NCBI GenBank assembly: GCA_013375475.1
Contig: JABXKD010000041.1
Span: 1 to 31,602, forward strand
Direction of reading: 5' to 3'
Source: Promethearchaeota archaeon
GTDB lineage: Archaea; Asgardarchaeota; Lokiarchaeia; Sigyniarchaeales; SOKP01
DNA: 31,602 nt
A program made the translations under genes and the position numbers. Within the stretch, counting starts at the first letter, position 1. Each line of letters begins with the position of its first letter. The notes under the pieces were generated by a model, which made no database searches, was not told where the DNA came from, and saw only the letters and a program-made list of their open reading frames with translations. Positions 8,893-18,766 of this stretch are shown here, piece by piece.

Positions 8893-9177
8893 ACGAATTC
8901 TGTTTTGTTTATATAAAAAAGCTTTTTTTTACTTATATTAAATTCCTATTAAATAATTTGATTTCCTCTTAGATTATAGAGATTAAATCATTCAATTAAA
9001 ATTCACCAAAAATGTATAATTGGATGTATCAACATTAGATTAAGTTGTATTTAAATCTAATATTATTTTTACATCAAAAACTTAGATTTACTTTTTTAAA
9101 TTGAAATCAAATTATAATATTTTATTTGCTTTAGATAATTTTTACTAGTAATAATTTGCCACGACTAGTAATCGAAG

Positions 9178-10509
9178 ATGAGCTATAAATTTACAAAAGA
9201 GGAATTAGAAGAACTTCTAACCGATTACAACAAAATTGCGTTAGAAGAACAAAAACTCGATTTACCTTCTAAAGTTTGTATCTGGGATGAAACCTTAAGA
9301 GATGGAGAGCAAAGTCCTACTGTTTATCTTACACTTGAAGAAAAAATCCATCTAGCAAAGTTAATGGATGAAATTGGAGTAAAATTAATTGCCGTTGGCT
9401 TTCCTGCGGTATCCAAATCTGAGAAAAAAATCGTTAAAACTCTCGTTAGTGAAAACTTTGAAAAAGCAACTATCCTCGGAATAGCTCGGCCAAAGAAAGA
9501 AGATATTGACGCATGTATAGAGACAGATCTTAAGGAGATTGTATTATTTATGCCTATTTCTCCAATCTTCAGAAAAACTATGAAGCAAAAACCGGAAGAA
9601 CAGTTGGAAATGATAAAAGTTGCTATTCATTACGCTATTGAAAATGGTTTCAAGGTGAATTGGGTTTCCGAAGATGGGACGAGATGTGATTTTAAGCATT
9701 TGAAAAATGTGTTCCAAACAGCTATAGAAGCTGGAGCGGAAAGAATTGTTCTTGGAGATACAGTTGGCATTTTAACGCCATTTTCGACTTCATATTTGAT
9801 CAAACGAATTAAAAATGAGGTCATAACCCCTCTTAATAAAAAAGTTCCAATGGGAATTCACACTCACAACGATTTTGGTTTAGCCGTTGCAAATACCATA
9901 ACGGGAGTATTTGAGGGTTGCACATATCCTCACACATGTATAAATGGGTATGGTGAAAGAGCAGGAAATGCAGCTTTGGAAGAAGTAGTAACAACTTTGG
10001 AACGAGTGGGTATTGACACGGGTATTGATTTAACGCGATTGCCTGAAATTAGCGAAGTTTGTGAAAAATACTTTAATCAACCTTTAGCACTAAATAAACC
10101 GATCGTAGGAAAACACGCTTTTTCTCACGAAAGTGGATTACATATAGCAGCAATCCTCGCACATCCATTAACTTACGAACCCATTAACCCCCACATGGTA
10201 GGAAGAAGAAGAAAATTCTATCTTGGTAAATTTTCTGGTTCGAAATCAGTCTTACATGTATTGCAAAAAAAAATTAAAGTTTTGGATTTAGATATACCTG
10301 AAGATATAATTAAGAAAATAGTCTCCGAAGTAAAAAGTGTACATGAAGAGACTTCTAAAAAGGAATTGAGGAAATCCTTCAATCGGATCAAACAAGAATT
10401 GGATAGAATTTCTAAGGGTGTTAGTGATAAAAAGTTTTTTGAAATTGTGAATAAATACGCTCAACCATATGTACCTGACGATTTTAAACCAAAAAATAAT
10501 AAATCATAA
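9178..10509 (+). CDS. Homocitrate/2-isopropylmalate synthase family protein (DRE-TIM), lacking an obvious LeuA allosteric domain
   Basis: DETLRDGEQ, DTVG, HTHNDFGLAVAN, NGYGERAGNAALEE, AFSHESGLH, LGKFSG. At 443 aa it is shorter than full LeuA; substrate cannot be assigned by eye. Confidence 0.88.
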   Translation: MSYKFTKEELEELLTDYNKIALEEQKLDLPSKVCIWDETLRDGEQSPTVYLTLEEKIHLAKLMDEIGVKLIAVGFPAVSKSEKKIVKTLVSENFEKATILGIARPKKEDIDACIETDLKEIVLFMPISPIFRKTMKQKPEEQLEMIKVAIHYAIENGFKVNWVSEDGTRCDFKHLKNVFQTAIEAGAERIVLGDTVGILTPFSTSYLIKRIKNEVITPLNKKVPMGIHTHNDFGLAVANTITGVFEGCTYPHTCINGYGERAGNAALEEVVTTLERVGIDTGIDLTRLPEISEVCEKYFNQPLALNKPIVGKHAFSHESGLHIAAILAHPLTYEPINPHMVGRRRKFYLGKFSGSKSVLHVLQKKIKVLDLDIPEDIIKKIVSEVKSVHEETSKKELRKSFNRIKQELDRISKGVSDKKFFEIVNKYAQPYVPDDFKPKNNKS

Positions 10510-11871
10510 TTGTTTATCGATTTCATCAATTTTATCTTGGGTTTTTTTCAAATCACTTTTTAATTGACTAATACGCTTTTCATACGATTTTTTATCCATT
10601 TGTTTCGAAGCATATTTTTTTTCTATAAAGTCTATCAAATTTTTAACCGAACCAAGTTTATTTTCTAAGGCTTTCTTTTGATTAATTAATTCACTCTTTT
10701 TCGCTTTCTTACTAGGCTTAGGAACCGGTTTTAATTTATCATTTGCATCGAGTTTCGGTAATCCGATAAGATCATTGCTGTTTTTTGATTTTAAACTCTC
10801 TGGTTTCGGAGGTAAATCAGATAGTTCTTCTGCAGGGGCTAATAAATCATCAAATCGATCAGTAATTGGTATTTTACTCTGTTTTTGTGATGATTTGCTT
10901 GATTTTCCCCATTGATTTTTCAATTCAGAACTATCACTAACGGGTGTTATAGCAGTTTTAACTAATTTATCAATAGTAGCTTTTATTGTGTTAATTTGAT
11001 TCTGAAATATTTTAAGTAATTCTAATAACTCGCTTTGTTTTGAGATATCCATAGAAAAGTTAATATCTACTTTTGGTTTCCCTTCTGAGCTGAATTGAGT
11101 TGCAGATGGAGAATATTCTGATGAGTTTTGAGTGGTTATTTCCTTCTGAGGGATAGGATCAGGAATTTCGCCACTCGAATGCAATTCCATTCGGTAGTCT
11201 GAAATCAACCACGAAAACAAGTTAAACGCAAAACTGGGATGTTCATCGTTACTAAACCCCCCACCTACTCTATCTCTAAATAATTCATAACTTCCGATTG
11301 CACAAATTCTACCATTATCTGGCTCAGAGACACAAACTAATGCAGATGAGAACGGTTCAGAAGTCTCATTTGAAGAAACGACTGAAATCGAATTTCCCAG
11401 CACACTAAGCGAACAACCAGATCTATAACATAGCGAACTAATACTATTTGTAATTGGATGTGGTGGTATGAACGCTGTAATTATAGGCATATTCTCCATA
11501 CCTAGATTATACATTTCATCCAGAACTTGATCGTTTTCAAAAACAATGCCAAAATTTTGACTAAGTTCACTCAAATTGCTATTTCTCCCTCTATCTCCCC
11601 CAGCATGAGATAATAGCAGTAGTCCTCCTCCATCACGTCTAACCCAATTATTAATTTCAGTAATTTCCATGGTAGTGATTCTAGAAAAGTCCGGACATAC
11701 AAATACTAATATATCAAATGGTTTCAGCGAATTTTGAGTAATTGGAGTTTCCAAGAAGTTATAACAAAGAAAATCGTTTGAATTTAAAAAATCTCGTAGT
11801 TCAGTGAGATTTTCGTCAATTTTCCCTCTAGGTTTGTGTGCCACATCAAACGCGATATTATATTTTGGCAT
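10504..11871 (-). CDS. GldG/IFT52 (GIFT, DUF4350-like) domain protein with disordered linker and C-terminal coiled coil
   Basis: IAFDVAH, DILVFVCP, GGGLLLL, N..ELSQNFGIVFEND, HPIT, GCSL, GRICAIGS; Ser/Pro/Lys-rich linker and heptad-rich end; no signal peptide or TM seen. Confidence 0.65.
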   Translation of the reverse strand: MPKYNIAFDVAHKPRGKIDENLTELRDFLNSNDFLCYNFLETPITQNSLKPFDILVFVCPDFSRITTMEITEINNWVRRDGGGLLLLSHAGGDRGRNSNLSELSQNFGIVFENDQVLDEMYNLGMENMPIITAFIPPHPITNSISSLCYRSGCSLSVLGNSISVVSSNETSEPFSSALVCVSEPDNGRICAIGSYELFRDRVGGGFSNDEHPSFAFNLFSWLISDYRMELHSSGEIPDPIPQKEITTQNSSEYSPSATQFSSEGKPKVDINFSMDISKQSELLELLKIFQNQINTIKATIDKLVKTAITPVSDSSELKNQWGKSSKSSQKQSKIPITDRFDDLLAPAEELSDLPPKPESLKSKNSNDLIGLPKLDANDKLKPVPKPSKKAKKSELINQKKALENKLGSVKNLIDFIEKKYASKQMDKKSYEKRISQLKSDLKKTQDKIDEIDKQL

Positions 11872-11975
11872 GATCTTTCAAACTCTCCTTATATTTATTT
11901 TTATTCTTACTAAAAATATATTTTTCGCCATTAATTAAAATTTCTTAAAATCTCATACTATCATATGTCGAGTAA

Positions 11976-13073
11976 TCAGTAAATGCTTTTATCTCCTATA
12001 ATTAGGTTGTTCTTACTAATATTCTCAACTTTTACATTACTGCCAATTATAGACTTTTCAGAGATGACATTTTTCAAGTTTGTACTCCTTTCAATAACAC
12101 AATTCTCTAAAATACAATTTTCTATTACTGAATCATCTCCAATCGATACAAAAGGGCCCACTACTGAATTTAGAATTTTAGAATTCTCGCCAATATAGAC
12201 AGGATATTTAATATACGACTTTTCGGAAGTGATGTTAAATTCTTTAAACTCATCAACTTTTACCGATTGCTGTTCTAACAAATACTTATTTCCCTTCAAA
12301 ACTTCTGAAGGCCTACCGAAATCAAGAATCCCCTTTTTTAGATTTATTGCTGCAATTTTAAAACCGCAATTTATTAAATCCTGTAAGCTTTCTGTTAGAT
12401 AAATTTCTTTAGAGTGTTCTGTTCTTTTATCTAAGTACTTTTTTACCATCTCAAAAAGAGCTTTAGTGGCAGAATTGGAAAAGGCATAAATACCTGCTAT
12501 TGCTAAATTTGACACGAAATTTTTAGGTTTCTCAATTAATTTTTGAATTAGTGAATTCTCATCAACAACAACCACACCATAAGAGCTTGCATCTTCTTCC
12601 GGTACTTCCATAACAGTGATTATTCCATCAACATTAGATTCATAATATCGATACATTAAATAGGAATATTCCTCAATCGGTATCATGTCTGCTAAGAATA
12701 TCAAGGAGCCATTGCGTTTATCCGCTTCTTTGTTTGGATAAGTAACTTCTTTAAAGCGCGTATTTGCTAGGTATACAGCTTCTCCTAACCCCCAATAATA
12801 CGGTATATCATCATTATATCCACGAGGCTCTTGTTCAATAAAAGTTAATTTAAATTTATCACTATACTTCTGTTTGACGAATTCTGTTATTTGTCTTTTC
12901 TTGTAACCGACAATTAAAATTAATTCTGTATCTGAATCAAATGTATTGCCGAACTTATTAAGAATATGTTCTAAGACAGTCTTTCCAGCTACATTTATGA
13001 ATGTTTTAGGCTTACTTAAAGTAAAAGGGCGTAATCTTGACCCTATACCGGCACATGGACCTATAATTTTCAT
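11976..13073 (-). CDS. Sugar-1-phosphate nucleotidyltransferase (long-form glucose-1-phosphate thymidylyltransferase-like)
   Basis: PCAGIGSRLRPFTLSKPK, YGVVV...LIEKP, LAIAGIY, EIYLTE, DFG and C-terminal hexapeptide repeats. ATG at 13073 preferred over TTG at 13085. Confidence 0.9.
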   Translation of the reverse strand: MKIIGPCAGIGSRLRPFTLSKPKTFINVAGKTVLEHILNKFGNTFDSDTELILIVGYKKRQITEFVKQKYSDKFKLTFIEQEPRGYNDDIPYYWGLGEAVYLANTRFKEVTYPNKEADKRNGSLIFLADMIPIEEYSYLMYRYYESNVDGIITVMEVPEEDASSYGVVVVDENSLIQKLIEKPKNFVSNLAIAGIYAFSNSATKALFEMVKKYLDKRTEHSKEIYLTESLQDLINCGFKIAAINLKKGILDFGRPSEVLKGNKYLLEQQSVKVDEFKEFNITSEKSYIKYPVYIGENSKILNSVVGPFVSIGDDSVIENCILENCVIERSTNLKNVISEKSIIGSNVKVENISKNNLIIGDKSIY

Positions 13074-13127
13074 ACTTTGATTCAAACCAAAATTATTTTA
13101 ACTACTTTGATATATAAATTCACTAAT

Positions 13128-13904
13128 TCAATAAAACTTTGACCTATCTGAGTCAAAAACTCTTTGTAAATAACCAAATAAGAGATCTAATCCTTTTTCT
13201 TCTTTTATAGAACAAGGGATTAATTCAGAAGTTGATCCTAATTGACTAAATACATCTGAAATTAGCATAGATAACTCTCGTATCATTCCACTTTCTCTTT
13301 CATTAGTAGAATCTTCTAACGCTTTAAAATCTTGACTCCAATTAACAATCATTTCAATTTGATCTTCGCTTAACATATCTACTTTGGATAATACATTAAT
13401 TTGAGATATATTTCTAAATCTAAATTGCACAGAGGCAGCTAATAGTAGCGTAGATATAAAACCATTTGGTCTGAGCACAAAATTTGAATCAAAAAGGAAG
13501 GATACAACCCGTTGAATAGATCCAAAACCTAGAGTACTTGCTATCAACGGTCCTGTTTCTCTAAAAGCAAATAACTCAAGCTGTCCAGCAGTATCGACGA
13601 ATACCCAATCAGGGTTATATTCGTCAATATCATCCCTAAGTTCGTCCAGAAAATTAACCATTAAATCTGACGCTAAAATCATGGCTCCGTTTGGACCCAG
13701 TTCATATTCGGTCATTACTTCTTCTAGAACAATAAAATCTCTAATATCTATATCCGGAGTATATGGCATTGTTTTAACGCCAGGATCCAAATTTAATGTT
13801 ATTGCTGCGATTTCTGGATCTCGATTTATAACATAATCCTTAAATAATCCAGTTAAAGAACTTTTACCACTGCCAGCTGTCCCTATAAAGTAATTTAATA
13901 AAAT
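13128..13904 (-). CDS. GPN-loop GTPase (start codon uncertain, apparently non-canonical)
   Basis: Frame extends upstream of the track ORF to include YFIGTAGSGKS (P-loop, about 13860-13892) and NLDPG; also LGPNG, DTAGQLELF, VLSKVD. No in-frame ATG/GTG/TTG between TAA at 13947-13949 and the P-loop; ATT 13904 or ATA 13943 are candidates. Confidence 0.88.
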   Translation of the reverse strand: MLLNYFIGTAGSGKSSLTGLFKDYVINRDPEIAAITLNLDPGVKTMPYTPDIDIRDFIVLEEVMTEYELGPNGAMILASDLMVNFLDELRDDIDEYNPDWVFVDTAGQLELFAFRETGPLIASTLGFGSIQRVVSFLFDSNFVLRPNGFISTLLLAASVQFRFRNISQINVLSKVDMLSEDQIEMIVNWSQDFKALEDSTNERESGMIRELSMLISDVFSQLGSTSELIPCSIKEEKGLDLLFGYLQRVFDSDRSKFY

Positions 13905-14031
13905 AGTATTCTCAACTCTTGCGAGTTTTGTGTCTTCATTTATACCTTAATAGTTAAAGCTAATTAAAGGTTTATAATAAAACTAAGAATGATTAGCGTT
14001 AATAGAAATTAAAGAATTAAAGTTAAAAAGA

Positions 14032-15012
14032 TTATTTAGGTTCTTTTAACTGCCCTAACTCGATTTTTTCTTCTTGTTGTTTTTTAAATCGTTTAATTTG
14101 ATTATTAATTGATTCTTCTTCCTTCTTAGCAAGTTCCTCTTCGCTTAATATAATAGATTGAAATTCTTTCTCATCCATTGGTTTTAATATATCTTTAATA
14201 CTAAAACCACTATTTTTCTCCGTGGTTTCTCTAAAAATTGTTTTCATTTCTTTTATTACTAAAAGTTTAGCCGAAGATCCCCGACCTTGGATTAGCGATT
14301 GCGCTTCTGGTCCTTTAATTCTTTCGATACCAGGCCCAGTAATTCTCTGAGGAACCCCAGAAGGAGGAGCGTAAGATATTGGATTAACAGGCATGTTCTG
14401 TAAAGTTAAAGCAAGGCTTGCTAGATGCTTCTCAATATTTTTTAAAGTTTTATTACTCTCGTTCATCATTGAAATTACAGAATGGTCTGTTGGAATGCTT
14501 TCAACACTCCTCTTCTCATATATAACGGTTTTCTCTTCTTTCTTTTGATTAAAATCCGTTCTAGTTGCTTGAACTACTCTTTCTCGAGTTACTTTTTTTC
14601 TCTGGTTTTTAGGTAAGCTTAAATCGACGAATTGGAAACCAGCGTAGCAATCATCGTTTACCCATATATCAGATACATTAAATTTCTCTGAAAAAGTATA
14701 TTCAATCCTCTGACCGGAGTATAAATAAATTGTTAATCTTAAAATTTTAATCTGAATATCAGAAAATCCGTGAATCTCATCCAATTCTATAGAACAACCT
14801 AAATATTCAGTTGAATGATAGATTTTCTTAATGGAAACTAATGATGGAGTTTGCTTGTAGTAAATATCTTGCTTGACTATTTTTGAAATCTCAAAATGGA
14901 TATTTAAACGATTAATCTTCTCAGGAAGAAATAGAACTTGCTCTTCGTCGTTCTTTTCAAATTCTAAAAAAAGTTTCTTTTGATCGTCCCAAAACACTTG
15001 GAACAATTCCAT
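14032..15012 (-). CDS. Hypothetical protein (beta-rich N-terminus, Pro/Gly linker, charged helical C-terminus)
   Basis: 326-aa ORF with no competing frame; no family recognised. Confidence 0.75.
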   Translation of the reverse strand: MELFQVFWDDQKKLFLEFEKNDEEQVLFLPEKINRLNIHFEISKIVKQDIYYKQTPSLVSIKKIYHSTEYLGCSIELDEIHGFSDIQIKILRLTIYLYSGQRIEYTFSEKFNVSDIWVNDDCYAGFQFVDLSLPKNQRKKVTRERVVQATRTDFNQKKEEKTVIYEKRSVESIPTDHSVISMMNESNKTLKNIEKHLASLALTLQNMPVNPISYAPPSGVPQRITGPGIERIKGPEAQSLIQGRGSSAKLLVIKEMKTIFRETTEKNSGFSIKDILKPMDEKEFQSIILSEEELAKKEEESINNQIKRFKKQQEEKIELGQLKEPK

Positions 15013-15174
15013 TTTAGTTTTAACCCGTGAGTATGGTCGTTAAAGTTTCCAATTTATTTAATTATGATTAAAATCTATTTTAACCTTTAATAAATTACGA
15101 CTTTACCAAATTATTGATTTTTAAGAGTTAAGTTATGAATTGAATAGACTTTAGTAAATCGTAAATTACCGAAA

Positions 15175-15558
15175 TTATCCAATTTTAAGTTTAGACAGAT
15201 AATATACTGACCTATGCAGCTGTAAGCTGAAGTATTCGATTTCCTCTTTTGATTGCTCCCCAATATAGTTATCAACATCAAGGACTAAAATTGCTTCTTG
15301 ATCATTTAATTTTTGTATAGCTATCTCTTGCAATTTGTCCCATTCTTCTTCATTAAACTTATCTTTATTTAACAATCCATCGGCAGAACAAATTCCAACA
15401 AGCTTTTTATATAAAATTTGTAAAATTGACTCGATTTTAATGAAATATTCTTTAAACTGAATTGAACCAACTAAAAAGATTTTAGTTTCTTTAATTTTTG
15501 AGAAGTCGTAATCTTGGAATTCATCCAAGAAATTCTTATTTAACCTTTCCTTCTTCAT
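15175..15558 (-). CDS. Small NDT-like/DUF4406-like protein
   Basis: IFLVGSIQFKEYF...QKLNDQEAILVLDVDNYIGEQSKEEIEY matches the GS..F...K-I..-D...V....YIG.S...EIEY pattern of small NDT-fold proteins. Confidence 0.6.
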   Translation of the reverse strand: MKKERLNKNFLDEFQDYDFSKIKETKIFLVGSIQFKEYFIKIESILQILYKKLVGICSADGLLNKDKFNEEEWDKLQEIAIQKLNDQEAILVLDVDNYIGEQSKEEIEYFSLQLHRSVYYLSKLKIG

Positions 15559-15596
15559 TATAATTGTATTAATGTTATTTCCTATTTAATTCTCAC

Positions 15597-16400
15597 ATGA
15601 AATTAAACACTGTCTATCTCGCAGAGAATTTAGAATTCATGAGGAAGTTGGATTCAGAAATAATCGATCTTATATATATTGATCCACCTTTCTATAGTGG
15701 TGTTGATTATAAAGAATTTTCTGATTTGTGGAATTCTTTAACAGATTATTTAGATTTTATGAAACTAAGGATTAAAGAAATGCATCGCGTTCTTAAGAAA
15801 ATTGGTAGTTTTTACTTACATTGCGATGCTAGCGCAGTTTTCGATTTAAAACCGATATGTGACGAAATTTTTGGAAGAAACAATTTTCGAAGAGAAATCA
15901 TCTGGAATGTAGGGAGTGTTTCGGGTTTTAAAAGTCAAGTAAAGGGTTGGGTACGTCAGCACGATACAATATTATATTATACGAAATCAGATGATTTCAC
16001 ATTTAATAAAGAATATCTACCTTATCGAGAAGATTACATTAATAAAATGTTTAGATATAAAGACGAAGATGGACGCCTTTACAGAAAACGAAGAGAAGGA
16101 AAGCAATATTTAGATGAAAGTCCCGGGACATTAGTTGGTGATGTCTGGAACGATATTTATTCGTATCAAACTATCACAAGATCGAAAGATTATCATGGCT
16201 ATCCTACTGAAAAACCAGAAAAGTTACTAAATAGAATCATTTTAGCATCATCTAACGAGGGAGATATTATTGCTGATTTTTTCTGTGGATCTGGAACAAC
16301 TATAGCTACTGCTGAAAAGTTAAATAGAAAATGGATCGGGGTAGATAATAACCCAAAGGCTATTGAATTGTGTAAGAAAAGGCTAGGTGTTATTTTATAG
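15597..16400 (+). CDS. Site-specific DNA methyltransferase (N6A/N4C, beta class), apparently orphan
   Basis: IDLIYIDPPF (motif IV) precedes YPTEKPEKLL and ADFFCGSGTT (motif I). Confidence 0.92.
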   Translation: MKLNTVYLAENLEFMRKLDSEIIDLIYIDPPFYSGVDYKEFSDLWNSLTDYLDFMKLRIKEMHRVLKKIGSFYLHCDASAVFDLKPICDEIFGRNNFRREIIWNVGSVSGFKSQVKGWVRQHDTILYYTKSDDFTFNKEYLPYREDYINKMFRYKDEDGRLYRKRREGKQYLDESPGTLVGDVWNDIYSYQTITRSKDYHGYPTEKPEKLLNRIILASSNEGDIIADFFCGSGTTIATAEKLNRKWIGVDNNPKAIELCKKRLGVIL

Positions 16401-16419
16401 TCTAAAAATAAGAAATATC

Positions 16420-16803
16420 TCAATTTTGTGGTTTAAACTCGATTTTTTCAATCCCAATCCATTCTTTCGCTTCCTCAAAGTTGGATACAATTTTCCGCTT
16501 AGGAGATTTAGCGTGTTCCAAGAGATATTTAAATTCTTCGGTTAAAGGTGGATTTTTCTCTATTATAAAAGCAGATCTAAAAAGTTTCTCGTTATTTCTC
16601 TTCAAGAGATCTAAGATAATATCTACGGAATTTATGCTTAAAAGAATTGCATCGGTAACATCAACAATCATACTTAATTTATTTGGATTATCTTTAGTCA
16701 ATTCCCCAAATTCTTTAATAAATCTTTCTGCTAAAGGAGGTGGAAAAGTACCAGTTGCTTTTATATAAAAACACGTATCGTTTATTTTTTCAATTTGATA
16801 CAT
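16420..16803 (-). CDS. STAS/SEC14-like (SpoIIAA-like) domain protein
   Basis: YIKATG, MIVDVTD, RSAFII, and terminal VSNFEEAKEWI typical of this family. Confidence 0.55.
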   Translation of the reverse strand: MYQIEKINDTCFYIKATGTFPPPLAERFIKEFGELTKDNPNKLSMIVDVTDAILLSINSVDIILDLLKRNNEKLFRSAFIIEKNPPLTEEFKYLLEHAKSPKRKIVSNFEEAKEWIGIEKIEFKPQN

Positions 16804-16909
16804 ATTTCTTTCATTCTTTCAGTTTTAAATTAAATTTAAAAACTTTACTCATATTAACTTTTTTATTTCGCTGAGAAGAATGTGATCATTTAGTTGAAAT
16901 TGTTTAATT

Positions 16910-18208
16910 TTGGGGAGGACAAACGATTTAAGCTCTAATCTATTTTATAATTTAATGAAAAGTGGAGTAAAAATATCGGAAAGCATCCCCAAATTGGAAA
17001 AATCAAATGGAGTAAAAATGAGAAATCTGTGGTCCCAGATAATTATGAATTTAGTCCATGGATTTGGATTTAGTGCGTTTAACATCGTTCTCCAACCTTA
17101 TATATATACATTTACGGGGGAATCTCTTTTATACACGGGTACAATAATATCTATTTCAAATGTAATGCAGTTTCTTCCTATGCCTTTAATAGGCCTATTA
17201 TCAGATAAATATGGGATTAAAACAATTTGGTTATTTGGTCCTCCAATTTTTGCTTTTGGATTGATGATATTAGTTTTCTCAAATAGTATCCCAATATTTA
17301 TATTGGGAATTCTTATTTATGTGCTAGGAGCTATGGTTAATAGCTTAAATTTTCAAATCTTTGTATCGGAAAACAGTGGTGGATCTAAGAAGGGAATTTT
17401 GTACGGACTTGTTTTCTTTGCTTATTTTGGAGGAGCAATTGGAGGTGCGTTCTTTGTAATGCTTAATTTAGTTTCAAATTCACGAGTTTATTTTCTTATT
17501 TTCAGTATCATTTTAGTTATCGAATGGTTAATTCTAATATTTATTATTAGAACTCCAAATCATTCGAACCTTATTCATGTACAAGAGGATAGTGAGTCAA
17601 CTGATCTTATACAAAAAAAATCACCAAAATTATTTCAAAACTCAAAGATAAAAACAGCTACTTTTTTCTTTGCTTTTGATGTTTTTGTCTGGGGAATAGT
17701 ATTATCTGTCTATAATGCGGGATTAAAAGCTAATTATAACTTCTCAGAAGCAAATATCGCATTTATAGTTCTATGGTTTCAAATTTCAAATATGGTAACT
17801 CAAATACCTGCCGGGAGAATCGCAGACAAAATCGGCAGGAAAAAATGCTTAATTATAAGTCAACTTTTTGGGATGGTTTTTTTTTCTATGAATGTCGTTG
17901 TGTCAATATTATGGTCTCAAGGGATTACATTATTCTTGTTTCCCGGATTAATCATCGGACAAATCTTTTTTGGAATTGCTGTAACCACTTTTATTCCTTC
18001 AGAGCAGATGACTCTAACAAATTTAGATGAAAACAGGAAAGCGTTTTCATATGGAATCGTTACTTTCATTAGAGGAATTGGAATGCTGCCTACTGGAGCG
18101 ATCGGGGGTTTTCTTGCTGAAAGCATTAATTATACTGCTCCTTTTATTATAGGATTATTCGGTCTGGTTATTGAAATATGGTTTTTAGCCAAATTTTTCA
18201 AGGATTAA
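16910..18208 (+). CDS. MFS transporter
   Basis: About 12 hydrophobic helices; motif A copies GLLSDKYGIK and GRIADKIGRK. True start may be a downstream ATG. Confidence 0.9.
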   Translation: MGRTNDLSSNLFYNLMKSGVKISESIPKLEKSNGVKMRNLWSQIIMNLVHGFGFSAFNIVLQPYIYTFTGESLLYTGTIISISNVMQFLPMPLIGLLSDKYGIKTIWLFGPPIFAFGLMILVFSNSIPIFILGILIYVLGAMVNSLNFQIFVSENSGGSKKGILYGLVFFAYFGGAIGGAFFVMLNLVSNSRVYFLIFSIILVIEWLILIFIIRTPNHSNLIHVQEDSESTDLIQKKSPKLFQNSKIKTATFFFAFDVFVWGIVLSVYNAGLKANYNFSEANIAFIVLWFQISNMVTQIPAGRIADKIGRKKCLIISQLFGMVFFSMNVVVSILWSQGITLFLFPGLIIGQIFFGIAVTTFIPSEQMTLTNLDENRKAFSYGIVTFIRGIGMLPTGAIGGFLAESINYTAPFIIGLFGLVIEIWFLAKFFKD

Positions 18209-18298
18209 CCTTTTAACAAAAAAAATTACTTTGTTTTAAGTGATATATCTTTAAAAAGGTATTTTTCATTTTATAGAATTAAAATAAGGGATGATGAA

Positions 18299-18757
18299 AT
18301 GAAGTATAAATGTAAAATTATTAAACGCGATGCTCAAAGTGTGCTCGCGGTAAGAACTACAAGTTCTGCCCAGAATCTACCTGTAGCATTAGGTAAGAAT
18401 TACGGCGCAATAATGCAATATCTCGGTCAATTAAATGAACAAACAAGCGGTCCTCCATTTGTTGCTTATTACAATATGGACATGCAAAATTTAGATATAG
18501 ATATAGGGATTCCCGTTGCTAAAAAGATAGCTGATAAGGACGAAATTAAAGCAAGTGAGATCCCTGCAGGAAAATATGCATCTTGTCTTTACATTGGACC
18601 TTATAGTGGAATGGCTCCTACTTATGAGTTACTAGCAAAATTTGTTGAGGATAAAGGATATGAATCAACGGGGATTGCTTACGAACTGTATTTAGACGAC
18701 CCTTCTGTGGTACCTCCCGAAAAACTTCAAACCCAAATACTTTTTCCACTCAAATAA
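18299..18757 (+). CDS. GyrI-like small-molecule-binding domain protein
   Basis: GPPFVAYY, IPAGKYAS..YIGPY, YELYLDDP...LQTQILFPL. Confidence 0.88.
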   Translation: MKYKCKIIKRDAQSVLAVRTTSSAQNLPVALGKNYGAIMQYLGQLNEQTSGPPFVAYYNMDMQNLDIDIGIPVAKKIADKDEIKASEIPAGKYASCLYIGPYSGMAPTYELLAKFVEDKGYESTGIAYELYLDDPSVVPPEKLQTQILFPLK

Positions 18758-18766
18758 AGGATTTAT

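Noticed and set aside
15090-15170. Imperfect inverted repeat (AATTACGACTTTAC ... GTAAATCGTAAATT) suggesting a MITE
   Set aside because: Short, imperfect, AT-rich, single copy and without a target-site duplication.
15597-16803. Complete restriction-modification system
   Set aside because: No neighbour shows PD-(D/E)xK, HNH, GIY-YIG or helicase motifs by eye.
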